Assembly (NCBI GenBank): GCA_965214835.1
Contig: CBDCCK010000002.1
Location: 2,848,001 to 2,912,000, forward strand
Direction of reading: 5' to 3'
Length of the DNA: 64,000 bases
From: Nitrosopumilaceae archaeon
Lineage (GTDB): Archaea; Thermoproteota; Nitrososphaeria; Nitrososphaerales; Nitrosopumilaceae
The position numbers were made by a program, and so were the translations under genes. Of this stretch, positions 52,136-61,653 are shown piece after piece. The notes beneath the pieces are model-generated. The model ran no database searches. It was not told the origin of the DNA and worked only from the letters and a program-made list of their open reading frames with translations. Every line of letters starts with the position of its first letter. Position 1 is the first letter of the stretch.

Positions 52136-53650
52136 TCATGACGCCTGCTTTTCAGAGAGGGTCTTTTTGAGCATGATTCGGTTGATGCCGTCAATGACTG
52201 CCTGGACGCTGGTCGTGACAATGTCCTCGCCTACGGCCTTGGCAGATGCCTTGTTTCTGGCAGCGTCCTCGACCTTGATGGTCACCTCGCACATTGCGCT
52301 GGAGCCACCCGAGATCGAGGCCAGTCCGTAGTCTTTGATCCTGACCTCGGCAATCTCCCCGGTGATCTTCTGGATTGCGTTGAGGGCAGCATCGACGGGC
52401 CCTACGCCATAGTCTGTGGCAGTAAAGTCCTTGCCGTCTATGTTCAGCCTGACAAACGCATACGGCATTGTTCCGATTCCCGTCGAGACCGAAAAGCCGA
52501 CTAGGTGCACGAGACGCTTGATTCCCTTGTCGCCTAGGATCTCACTTGCAATGGAGAGCAGCTCCACGTCAGTTACCTGCCTTCCTTGGTCGCCCAACGA
52601 CTTTACCCTTTCAAGGATTTTGCCTCCCTGCGCGTCGTCTGGCCTTATCCCGTACTCCCCAAGCATGGCGTTCATCCCGTGCAGGCCTGCATGCTTGCCG
52701 ACCTGCAGCCACCTCTTGCGCCCGACCAGTTCGGGGCTGATCGGCTCGTAGGTCAGCGGGTTGCTGAGGACGCCGTGGGTGTGAATGCCCGACTCGTGCC
52801 CGAACGCATTGTCGCCCACGATTGCCTTGTTTGCCTGGACGGATATCCCGACAAGCTTTGAGACGAATCTGGAGACCTCATAAATTAGCTGGGAGTGGAT
52901 GTTTGTCTCGTATTTCTGCCCAAAGGGCAGGCACTGCAGTCCCATTACAAGCTCCTCAAGGGACGCGTTGCCTGCGCGCTCGCCTATGCCGTTGATTGTC
53001 ACGTGCGCGCATGCGGCCCCGGCCTGGATTCCGGAGATGGCGTTTGCGACTGCAAGCCCAAAATCGTTGTGGCAGTGGACGCTGACGGGGAGCCCTGCGG
53101 CATCGATTGCGTCCCTCGTGATTTGTGCGATATGCTCCGGGGTGGAGTACCCTACGGTGTCAGGAATGTCTACCCTGTCGGCCCCGGCCCCTGCGACCTC
53201 GCCGAAAACCTTCTTCAAAAAGTCCCTGTCGGTCCGCGTCGCATCCTCGGCCGAGAACTCTACCTGCAGTCCGTGGGACTTGCCGTACTCTACTGCCTCG
53301 ACGGCCTTTGCCAGGCACTCGTCGCGGCTCATGTGCAGCTTGTGCTCCAGGTGGATGTCAGAGGTCGCAATGAACGTGTGGATATAGTCCAGCCCCCCGT
53401 CGATTGCAGCGTCGATGTCCCTCTTGGTGGTCCTTGCAAGGCCACAGACCTCAGCACCGAGGCCCTCGGCTGTGATCATCTTGACTGCCCTGAGCTCGCC
53501 AGAGGAGATTACCGGAAACCCGGCCTCTATGGCATCGACTCCCAGCTCGTCCAGCTTTTTTGCAATGTCCAGCTTTTGCTCCGGCGACAGGGATACGCCG
53601 GGCGTCTGCTCGCCGTCCCGCAGGGTGGTATCAAAGACCCTGACCCTCAT
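52136..53650 (-). CDS. leuA: 2-isopropylmalate synthase (or citramalate synthase)
   Basis: DTTLRDGEQ, HCHNDFG, GIGERAGN, HESGIH. Confidence 0.9.
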   Translation of the reverse strand: MRVRVFDTTLRDGEQTPGVSLSPEQKLDIAKKLDELGVDAIEAGFPVISSGELRAVKMITAEGLGAEVCGLARTTKRDIDAAIDGGLDYIHTFIATSDIHLEHKLHMSRDECLAKAVEAVEYGKSHGLQVEFSAEDATRTDRDFLKKVFGEVAGAGADRVDIPDTVGYSTPEHIAQITRDAIDAAGLPVSVHCHNDFGLAVANAISGIQAGAACAHVTINGIGERAGNASLEELVMGLQCLPFGQKYETNIHSQLIYEVSRFVSKLVGISVQANKAIVGDNAFGHESGIHTHGVLSNPLTYEPISPELVGRKRWLQVGKHAGLHGMNAMLGEYGIRPDDAQGGKILERVKSLGDQGRQVTDVELLSIASEILGDKGIKRLVHLVGFSVSTGIGTMPYAFVRLNIDGKDFTATDYGVGPVDAALNAIQKITGEIAEVRIKDYGLASISGGSSAMCEVTIKVEDAARNKASAKAVGEDIVTTSVQAVIDGINRIMLKKTLSEKQAS

Positions 53651-54129
53651 GCCCCGCTCCTCTGCAAGGCGGCAATCCCGGTCCTGGAGGTCTCCAGGAT
53701 TCCGAACTTCTTGGCAAGATCCTCAAAGGCCTTGATCTGATCCGGGGTCGCAGTCAGCTCGACCATTATGGAGTCCTGCTTTGCGTCATGGATCTTGCCG
53801 CCATACGCGTTTGCAAGCTTGTTGATCTCCATGCTGTCCTCCGGTGACCGTACCCTGATCTTGAATATGACCAGCTCCCTGAACACGGTCTTGTGCTCGT
53901 CTAGCTGGCGCACCTCCACGGTGTCAATCATCTTGTCAAGCTGCTTTACGATTTGTTGTATATGCTTTTCATCGCCGATGGTGATAATGGTCATCCTGGA
54001 GAACTCTGGATTCTGGGTCACGCCCACAGATATGCTGTCGATGTTAAAGTTACGGGAACGGAAGAGGTGCGTGACCTGGAACAGGATTCCAGGCTTGTTT
54101 TCAACCAGTAATGAGAGAATCGCCCACAT
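53647..54129 (-). CDS. ilvH: acetolactate synthase small subunit
   Basis: ENKPGIL...RNFNIDSISVG ACT domain. Confidence 0.95.
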   Translation of the reverse strand: MWAILSLLVENKPGILFQVTHLFRSRNFNIDSISVGVTQNPEFSRMTIITIGDEKHIQQIVKQLDKMIDTVEVRQLDEHKTVFRELVIFKIRVRSPEDSMEINKLANAYGGKIHDAKQDSIMVELTATPDQIKAFEDLAKKFGILETSRTGIAALQRSGA

Positions 54130-54137
54130 GATAACCA

Positions 54138-55835
54138 CTAAGACGGCAGTATCATCTCCTTCAGGGAGGTTCCGGGGGCCACGAACGGCAGCACGTCCTC
54201 CTCGGGATCTATGGGTATGTCAATTACGGTGGCAACATCGCTGCCCAGCGCGGTCCTGATTGCACCCCCAAGCTCGTCAAGGGACTGTGCGCGTATGCCC
54301 TGGGCGCCATAGGACTCTGCAAGCTTTACATAGTCAGGACAGTGCTGCTGATCCACGCCAATCATCCGCCTGTCATAGAAGGTTCTCTGCCACTGCGCGA
54401 CCATCCCCAGGGTGTAGTTGTTGACGAGGAACACGATTACGGGAATGTCCTCGGTGATGCAGGTCGCAAGCGAGTTCTCCGTCATGTTAAAGCTGCCGTC
54501 CCCCGCAATGTCGACTACGGGAACGTCGGGCCTTGCCACCTTGGCGCCGATGGCTGCAGGAAACCCCCAGCCCATGGTGCCCAGTCCGGTAGAGCTAAAG
54601 AAGGTCCCCGGGGTGATCACGTCATAGAACAGCGACGCCCACATCTGGTGCTGGCCCACCTCGGTGGTGATGATTGCCTCCTTGGGAAGCAGCTCCCTCA
54701 GCTTTCGCAGAATCTTGGCTGCCCCCAGCTCCCCGGGGTGAATCTTGAGGTTCTCGCGCCAATAGTCCTTTACCTCCCTGACATGCCGTATCCATGCGTT
54801 GTCATCTGTGTGTTTTATTGCCTGCTGTGCCAGCATCTTTATCATCACGCGCAGCGATGCACGCACGTCTCCTACGACTGCCACCTGCGTGGTCTGGTTC
54901 TTGCCTATTTCGGCCGGATCTACATCAAGATGGATGATCTTCAGGTTCCTTTCAAACTCCTCGAACGTTCCCACAGACCTGTCAGAGAAGCGGGTTCCGA
55001 TTGCCAGGACGCAGTCGGCCTCACTCATTAGCTTGTTTGCCTCCGCATGCCCATGCATGCCAATCGGCCCCAGTGACAGTGGGTGGCTCTCGGGAAATGC
55101 GCCCTTGCCCTTGAAGGTAGTCACGACTGGAATCACCAGCAGCTCTGCGATTGCCTGCAGTTCTGCAAACGCAGACGAGATGATTGTGCCGCCGCCTGCC
55201 AGTATCATCGGCTTGTCAGAGGATAGCAGTATCTTGATTGCCTTTTCAATGTTGGCAATGTCGGGATCTGTCCACGGATGATAGCCGCGAATCTTAAACT
55301 CCTCTGGAAAGCTCATCTGTGCCTCGTTTTGCTGCACGTCCTTTGGTATGTCAAGCAGTACGGGTCCGGGTCTTCCGGTCTCTGCGATGTAAAACCCCTT
55401 TTTGACGACCTCTGGAATCTCCTGGGCCGATCTGGGCTGGAACGCGTACTTTACGACAGGGTTGGCCATCCCGATGATGTCGCTTTCCTGAAACGCGTCA
55501 CGGCCGATCATGCCTACCGGAACCTGTCCGGTTACTGCGATCATCGGGGAGGAGTCGGCCTGCGCAGTGGCAATGCCGGTCAGTATGTTGGTGGCGCCGG
55601 GCCCGGACGTTGCAAAGCAGACTCCCGGCCTCCTGCTTACCCTGCCGAACCCGTCGGCCATGTGTGCCGCAGACTGCTCGTGTCTGACAAGTATGTGCCG
55701 TATGTCTGACTTGTATAGCTCGTCATACATGGGAAGGTTGGCCCCCCCGGGCAGTCCAAAGACCTCCCTGACGCCCTCCTTTTGCATGGCCCTCATCAGG
55801 GCGGCCGCGCCAGACATTGTTTCCATGTTACCCAT
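54138..55835 (-). CDS. ilvB: acetolactate synthase large subunit
   Basis: FGLPGG, RHEQ, TSGPGATN, GDGSFNM. Confidence 0.97.
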   Translation of the reverse strand: MGNMETMSGAAALMRAMQKEGVREVFGLPGGANLPMYDELYKSDIRHILVRHEQSAAHMADGFGRVSRRPGVCFATSGPGATNILTGIATAQADSSPMIAVTGQVPVGMIGRDAFQESDIIGMANPVVKYAFQPRSAQEIPEVVKKGFYIAETGRPGPVLLDIPKDVQQNEAQMSFPEEFKIRGYHPWTDPDIANIEKAIKILLSSDKPMILAGGGTIISSAFAELQAIAELLVIPVVTTFKGKGAFPESHPLSLGPIGMHGHAEANKLMSEADCVLAIGTRFSDRSVGTFEEFERNLKIIHLDVDPAEIGKNQTTQVAVVGDVRASLRVMIKMLAQQAIKHTDDNAWIRHVREVKDYWRENLKIHPGELGAAKILRKLRELLPKEAIITTEVGQHQMWASLFYDVITPGTFFSSTGLGTMGWGFPAAIGAKVARPDVPVVDIAGDGSFNMTENSLATCITEDIPVIVFLVNNYTLGMVAQWQRTFYDRRMIGVDQQHCPDYVKLAESYGAQGIRAQSLDELGGAIRTALGSDVATVIDIPIDPEEDVLPFVAPGTSLKEMILPS

Positions 55836-55999
55836 CAAACATCATCGCCATAATTTTAATGTGTTATAAAACAAAAATACACTGCCTACAGTGTAAAATC
55901 AGCCAGCAGAAAAAGTGGTGCGCTAGTTTTGATATCTACGTTCATTCTAACCATATTTTTGGCTTGAAGTTGCCTAATAAAGATTGCTGGATGAGGGAC

Positions 56000-57509
56000 G
56001 TACGAGGTCACCTAGTTTTGACGTGTTTTGACAACCTGCTTAACATATTGCGATCATGCTGATCAAATACGATGCCCGTATAGTATCAGCATGAAAGGCC
56101 GTCGACCCACATACCGCGAACTAGAGGCCACAATTGTATCATTCACAGACAGAATAAGCACGCTAGAAAATAACCAAAAGGCAGCGAACAGGACAATCGA
56201 GGAGCAAGGCAGGCGGCTCCGGTACTACGAGAACGAGAACTCCCACCATCTGCAGAATCACTAGAGTACAAGAGGCAAAAGACGCAGCGGAAAAGGGAGA
56301 GGGCCAGTAACCGTGGCAACGGCAGCAATAGTGGCAACAATAATGGCACCGGCAAAAAGCCGGGAGGCCAGAGGGGCCACAAGGGGACATCCAGAAGACA
56401 CGACCCCCAGAAGACGGTGCTTCACACGTTCTAGGACAACGACGGGACGTGCTCGCCGGTGTGCAGGTGCGGGAGGGCCATGGACATAACTGCCCTGATA
56501 CGGGACATCATCGACTTTGAACCGGTCCGGATGACAGAGACGCGACACATAACCGAGCGTGCCACATGCAGACTGTGCGGCATTACGATATCAGCAGACG
56601 ACGGACTCCCAAGGAGGGGCAGGTACGGCAAGCACATGATCTCCCTTGTGTCTGCCTTGCGCGCAAGGCACATGCCGCTGCAGTCCGTGGCAGACACGCT
56701 CAAGGATTTTACCGGCAGGAGCATCGCCAAATCGACCGTAATCAACATGATCGGAGGGGTATGCGACTCTATGCAAAAGCCGTCAGGCGCGATCCTGGGC
56801 GGCATCAAGAGATCATCCAACGTCAGAATAGACGAGACTGCGGCCAGCATGAACGGCAGCCGCATATGGACATGGACTGCCGAGACGGACAACGGCGTGT
56901 TTGTCGAGTACAATACGAGCAGAGGCGCACTGTTCCTGGACAGGCACATGGAGGGGTATGGTGGAATAGTGACATCTGACAAGTATTCGGTGTATGACAG
57001 GTTCAACGGGGAGGACAGGCACCAGCTGTGCTGGTCGCACGAGCTGCGCGTATCAAAATACGCGGCGCAAAAGCAGGGCGCCCCGCTGTTTGCGGGAATA
57101 CTGTACGAGCAGCTTCGGCAGCTGTACCGCAGCGCCGTCAGGGCAAGGAGGAAGGACAGGGGCAAGGATCTGCGCAGAAGGTTCGAGTCCTGGCTGCGCA
57201 ACATACTGTTCGGGTACCGGGAAAGCACGGACGACCCCGTCCTGGGCCCGGTACTGCGCAGACTGACAAGCTCGCTGCCGCACCTGTTTACGTTCCTGGA
57301 GCACGACGGCGTGCATCCCACAAACAACGCCGCAGAGCGTGCCCTCCGTTACGCCGTCGTCTTCCGCAAGATAAGCGGGCAGATCAAGGGAGGGGAACTC
57401 TGGATGAGGAGGTGGTCGCAGTTTATGACGTGCATACTGACATGGAGGGCAAGGGGAAGATCCATAGCAGACGAGGTCATGAAACTGGTTTAGGAACGTG
57501 ACCTCGTAC
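56000..57509 (+). mobile_element. IS66-like element (family 1), full length, inactivated
   Basis: TIR gtacgaggtcac/gtgacctcgtac; frameshift near 56243 and nonsense near 56432; no TSD. Confidence 0.92.
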
Positions 57510-57719
57510 GCGTGCAGAGCCATGGGTGGACAGGGGTACTACCTCGGGGGGTGATCCGTGGCGTACATTTTCAGGTATTGATGGTAGGGAGATTGTCCGA
57601 TTTTTCCCGCCTGCACGTCTGCCCCAAATATGGGTGACATCTAGAAGGGTTGACAGACAGCCAACCCCGTGTGAGAGGCTGACGAAAACTTAAAGCGATT
57701 CAATCTGGAAAAGGCATAG

Positions 57720-58124
57720 ATGTCAGAAAACGAGCAGGTCATCAGGGTCATTGAGGCATTCTTTGATGCAGGAAAAACAAAGGATCTTGCGCCGCTAAGG
57801 GAAATCCAGCTGGATGACCCAAGGTTCTCAAGCTTTAGCGATGTTCCGCCATACGACCTAAAGGACTTTAAGACATCGATTGTGCTAGAGGAGCTAAGAT
57901 TTGTCAGCATCTCAGATTATGACTATCAGATAACCAATCCAAGGATCAGCATATTCGGTGATACTGCCATCGCAGCCTTTGAGCTGATGCAGAAGGGAAT
58001 GCTGGTAGACACCAAAACATACACGGGAGAGCACATGGTGATCAACGGCAGGGCGACGTTTGTCTTGGTCAGGTCAGACGGATGGAAGATTGCACACATC
58101 CACCTCTCAAGGAGCGACGGCTAG
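57720..58124 (+). CDS. NTF2/SnoaL-like protein
   Basis: GDTAIA...GRATFVL..DGWKIAHIHLS. Confidence 0.85.
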   Translation: MSENEQVIRVIEAFFDAGKTKDLAPLREIQLDDPRFSSFSDVPPYDLKDFKTSIVLEELRFVSISDYDYQITNPRISIFGDTAIAAFELMQKGMLVDTKTYTGEHMVINGRATFVLVRSDGWKIAHIHLSRSDG

Positions 58125-58147
58125 ATGGGGCCCGTGCCCGGTTTTCG

Positions 58148-58978
58148 CTATGCTGCCGAATCGCCGCCAGGCTTGCCTAGCCTTTGTGGCTTTTCCTGCG
58201 CAGATAGGCTTTGGTACATGGAATACGCCTCATCCACGGTAGCGTTGCTGTGAACGATTGACCTGACTGCACGAATCATCGCTACGGGGTGATCAGATTG
58301 CCATATGTTTCGCCCCATATCCACACCGACTGCACCTCCCCTGATTGCGTTGTAGGTCAGCTGCATCGCATCACGCTCGGGGATTTTTTTGCCTCCCGCA
58401 ACGATTATCGGAACGGGGCAAGAGTCTACAACCCCCTCAAAGCCATCGCAATAGTACGTCTTTACAATGTGTGCGCCCTGCTCTGCTGCCATCCTGCATG
58501 CAAGCGACAGATACCTTGCGTCCTTGCCAAGCTCCTTTCCCACGGCAGTCACTGCAAGGACGGGAAGTCCGTAGCGCTCTGCCTCGCCGACAAGATTTCC
58601 CAGATTAACAACTGTCTGATACTCGTATTTTGAGCCGACAAACATCGACATTGCCAGTGCGCTTGCGTTGACGCGTAATGCGTCCTCTATGCTGACTGTA
58701 ATGTCTTCGCGGGACAAGTCCTCGCCAATGATGCTAGAGCCTCCGGAGACGCGAAGCACCATCGGAACCGGAGTTTTTGGATCCACGCAGTTTCTCTGTA
58801 TGCCTCTCGTCAGCATCAGGGAGTCGCAGTACTTTAGCAGTGGCGAGATTGTCTTTGCCGCATTCTCCAGCCTCTCGGTCGGACCGAGGAAATAACCGTG
58901 ATCCACTGCAAGCATCAGAGCTCGTCGGTCATGTGGCTTGATTATACCTGCAATCCTGTTTTGTAGACCCCAGCTCAT
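58148..58978 (-). CDS. lsrF: LsrF-type class I aldolase/thiolase
   Basis: MLAVDHGYFLGPT, VKTYY, AGGKK, DMGRNIWQ. Confidence 0.88.
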   Translation of the reverse strand: MSWGLQNRIAGIIKPHDRRALMLAVDHGYFLGPTERLENAAKTISPLLKYCDSLMLTRGIQRNCVDPKTPVPMVLRVSGGSSIIGEDLSREDITVSIEDALRVNASALAMSMFVGSKYEYQTVVNLGNLVGEAERYGLPVLAVTAVGKELGKDARYLSLACRMAAEQGAHIVKTYYCDGFEGVVDSCPVPIIVAGGKKIPERDAMQLTYNAIRGGAVGVDMGRNIWQSDHPVAMIRAVRSIVHSNATVDEAYSMYQSLSAQEKPQRLGKPGGDSAA

Positions 58979-59044
58979 CTATCTTCGATTCTGAAGGAGT
59001 GGTGCGCCTTTCTTAAGCCTTTCTTATTTTGGGAACTGGAAAGT

Positions 59045-60193
59045 TTACGGTAGATGATTCTCTCTGGAAAGCATAGGTAGATCGGATTTGGCGGCATTCT
59101 GGATTATGGTCTTCCACTTGTTGTCTCCCTGAATCCTGATTCCGGCCCTGTCGGCAGGCGTGTCGCCGTCAAGGCCCTGATGCGGGCGGACGTAGTTGTG
59201 GTGGATCTGCATTCCCTTGAAAATTGCAGAGTCGTCTCTTTTGACCCCACGGACCACCTTTTCTCTGGCTCTTAACGTGTTGCCGTTGAATGACTCCATC
59301 TGGTTGTTGTTCATGTCGCCGGAGATGTGGATGTGCCTGTGGTGTTCCGTGTCCTTGTGGAGGAGGTTCTTGGGCCTGTACTGATCCTTCCACGCATGGT
59401 GAAAGTTGGCAGCCCCATCAGAGATCAGCGTCCTGGGAATTTTTCCGGCCTTATTTCTCGCATACCTGAACATCGGAGACACGTCATCGTTTCCTTTGTG
59501 TTCTGCCACCATCTGTGCAAGCCAGAACCGTGTCTCGGAATCCAGCATGGCAAAGAGATACTTGCGATCCCCCTTGATTTTCAGGTACAGTTCATCGGTT
59601 CTCCATACCTCCCCCACCTGCGGCGTGATTTTTTCTAGGTATTTGTCCATGAGTCTGACGTATTTCCTGTTCCAGTTTTGGATCGTTGTGTGGGTTACCA
59701 TAATACCTGTAAGTGCCAATGATTGGGCCACTTTTCTTGAGGATTCCCCGTTAAAGTATAGATTCATGGCAACCGTTATCTGGTCCGGAGTTGCCATCAT
59801 CCTTTCAAATCCGAGATTGACTGAGAACTTTCTCTTGCAGTCGTTGCACCTGAGCATCTGGATATCGTGCTGTTTGTTGTGCCGCACGCCCATCTTTACC
59901 AGCTTTGTGGAATTGCAGTACTTGCACGAATCAAGAGTGAGTTCCGAGATTACCACATCGTCCCTGACCTCCCGGTGAATCCTGATCGAAATTTCAACTG
60001 CATGAATGTGCTTGCAACACGTCCCTCTGAACCGGTGGTCCTCGCAGGAGCAGACCCAGCCACGTTCGGTAGAGACAACATCATGCATCTTGTTCCTTGA
60101 CTGGGATCTGACTGCATAACGGGAACCGTCAAGTCTGGTGATCTGGTCCGGGGTTTCCGCTATCTGTCTTCCTCTGATCTCTCGTGGATTCAT
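59045..60193 (-). mobile_element. IS6-like DDE transposase with N-terminal SWIM finger and zinc ribbon
   Basis: CSCEDH..CKH, CxxC..CxxC, WRTDELY, SDGA, NNNQMESFN. Confidence 0.85.
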
Positions 60194-60395
60194 GCGAAGC
60201 TGACCTCACAAATTATAAGATGGGAGAATGAAGCATGTTCAGATCGTAACAAGTTCGTCAACGGGCGTCCTGTGCCCTTTGATTTTTTTCTCACCGTCGC
60301 GTCTTTCATTAACCTACATTCTTCCCTTCTTCATATAAAGGTTTAGGGAATAAAATAGGTTAAAATATTTATAAAAGTATGATCCATTCAGAATC

Positions 60396-60623
60396 ATGGC
60401 AAAGCAGGAGGTCAAGACGATTAACGGGAATGATTATCTGTATCTCACGTATTACGACAGCGAATCCAAACGGAAAAAAACAGTTTATTGCGGGCCTGAC
60501 GGTGATGCCAGCTCGAAAAGAAAGGCAATTGAGAAGGAAATTGAGCTTATTAGTTATAAGATAAAAGAGCTGCAAGGCCGCAAGAAAGAACTGCAAGAAG
60601 ATCTAAGGACGGGGGCATATTGA
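60396..60623 (+). CDS. small MGE-type protein (beta-hairpin + coiled coil)
   Basis: KTINGNDYLYL...KTVYCG pattern; divergent from the transposase. Confidence 0.65.
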   Translation: MAKQEVKTINGNDYLYLTYYDSESKRKKTVYCGPDGDASSKRKAIEKEIELISYKIKELQGRKKELQEDLRTGAY

Positions 60624-60750
60624 AAGCGATGAGCCTGTTCAGCGGGGCAGGTGGCGGTAGTCAGCAAGGAGATGGGCAGGCGCTATCTCGGGTTTGAGAT
60701 CGCCAAGGAATACTTTGACTTTGCCAAGGAGCGCATAGAAAAGACAGGTG
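60620..60750 (+). pseudogene. collapsed DNA methyltransferase remnant
   Basis: MKAMSLFSGAGG joined out of frame to KEMGRRYLGFEIAKEYFDFAKERI. Confidence 0.7.
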
Positions 60751-61210
60751 CGCAAGGTACCATTCAAAGAGGGACTACGCGGTAATGATAGGCGACGAGT
60801 CCTCGTTCATACTGGGATGGAACGTCAGGAACAGCTGGTACCCCGTAGGAAAGCCGGTCTGCACGCCATCCAGCCTGTCAGACCTATGTGCCTGACGTAA
60901 TTTTGCACAGGGACTCTGAGGTGGGAAAGCCGGTCTGCACGCCATCCAGCCTGTCAGGGAGGAGGTACTGTGCAATAGGGGCCCTCCCAAGGAGCGGGTT
61001 TGACTGCAGCTTTTACGAAAAGGCCGACACGGACACGTTCTTTGACTTTCTCAAGGCGCTGTGCCGCAAGTACGGCAGGGTGTGCTGCTGTTCGTGGACA
61101 ACGCGTCGTACCACAGGTCGGCGGAGCTCAGGAGAAGGATGGCCGGCTGGAAGGGAGACGTGGTGATAAGGCACCTGCCGCCGTACACGCCGGAGCTGAA
61201 CAACACGTCG
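60750..61210 (+). pseudogene. IS630 fragment
   Basis: GDESSF, VDNASYH, LPPYTPELN. Confidence 0.8.
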
Positions 61211-61653
61211 TGGTCCCCCGCAAGGGCGGCTGCTTGGGCTACCTCCTTCTGGTTGCGTGGGTTCTGTATCCCGAGATAGTACATCAGTGTGCTTGTATCA
61301 AATGATATCAACAGGTCTGTGTTCTTTACAGGCATTAGAAGCCAGCCCCTTCAAGGGTGGAATGTATGGAGAAATTCTTCTTAAGCACATGATATGTTTA
61401 GCTTCCATGGGCTATAAGGATAAACTCACATGCGGCACCTCCGGCGATGGCAACAACGATTCCGATCCATACGACGTTCTCCTTTGTTATCTGTACCATT
61501 TGAATCTGCAAATTCGTTTTGCATATAAACACGCAAATCGGTGGCGCGCGTGGGATCATGTCCCAGCGTGGAATGGAACCGTTGGTTATGGCGTGTTAAC
61601 TTCCATGTGAGTCAGAATAAACGTAGTACAGCTAGCCTTGATAGGAAAACATA

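Noticed and set aside
55885-55955. 22-aa Leu/Val/Ile-containing ORF upstream of ilvB as an attenuator leader
   Set aside because: No run of control codons or terminator, and a TATA-like element lies between it and ilvB
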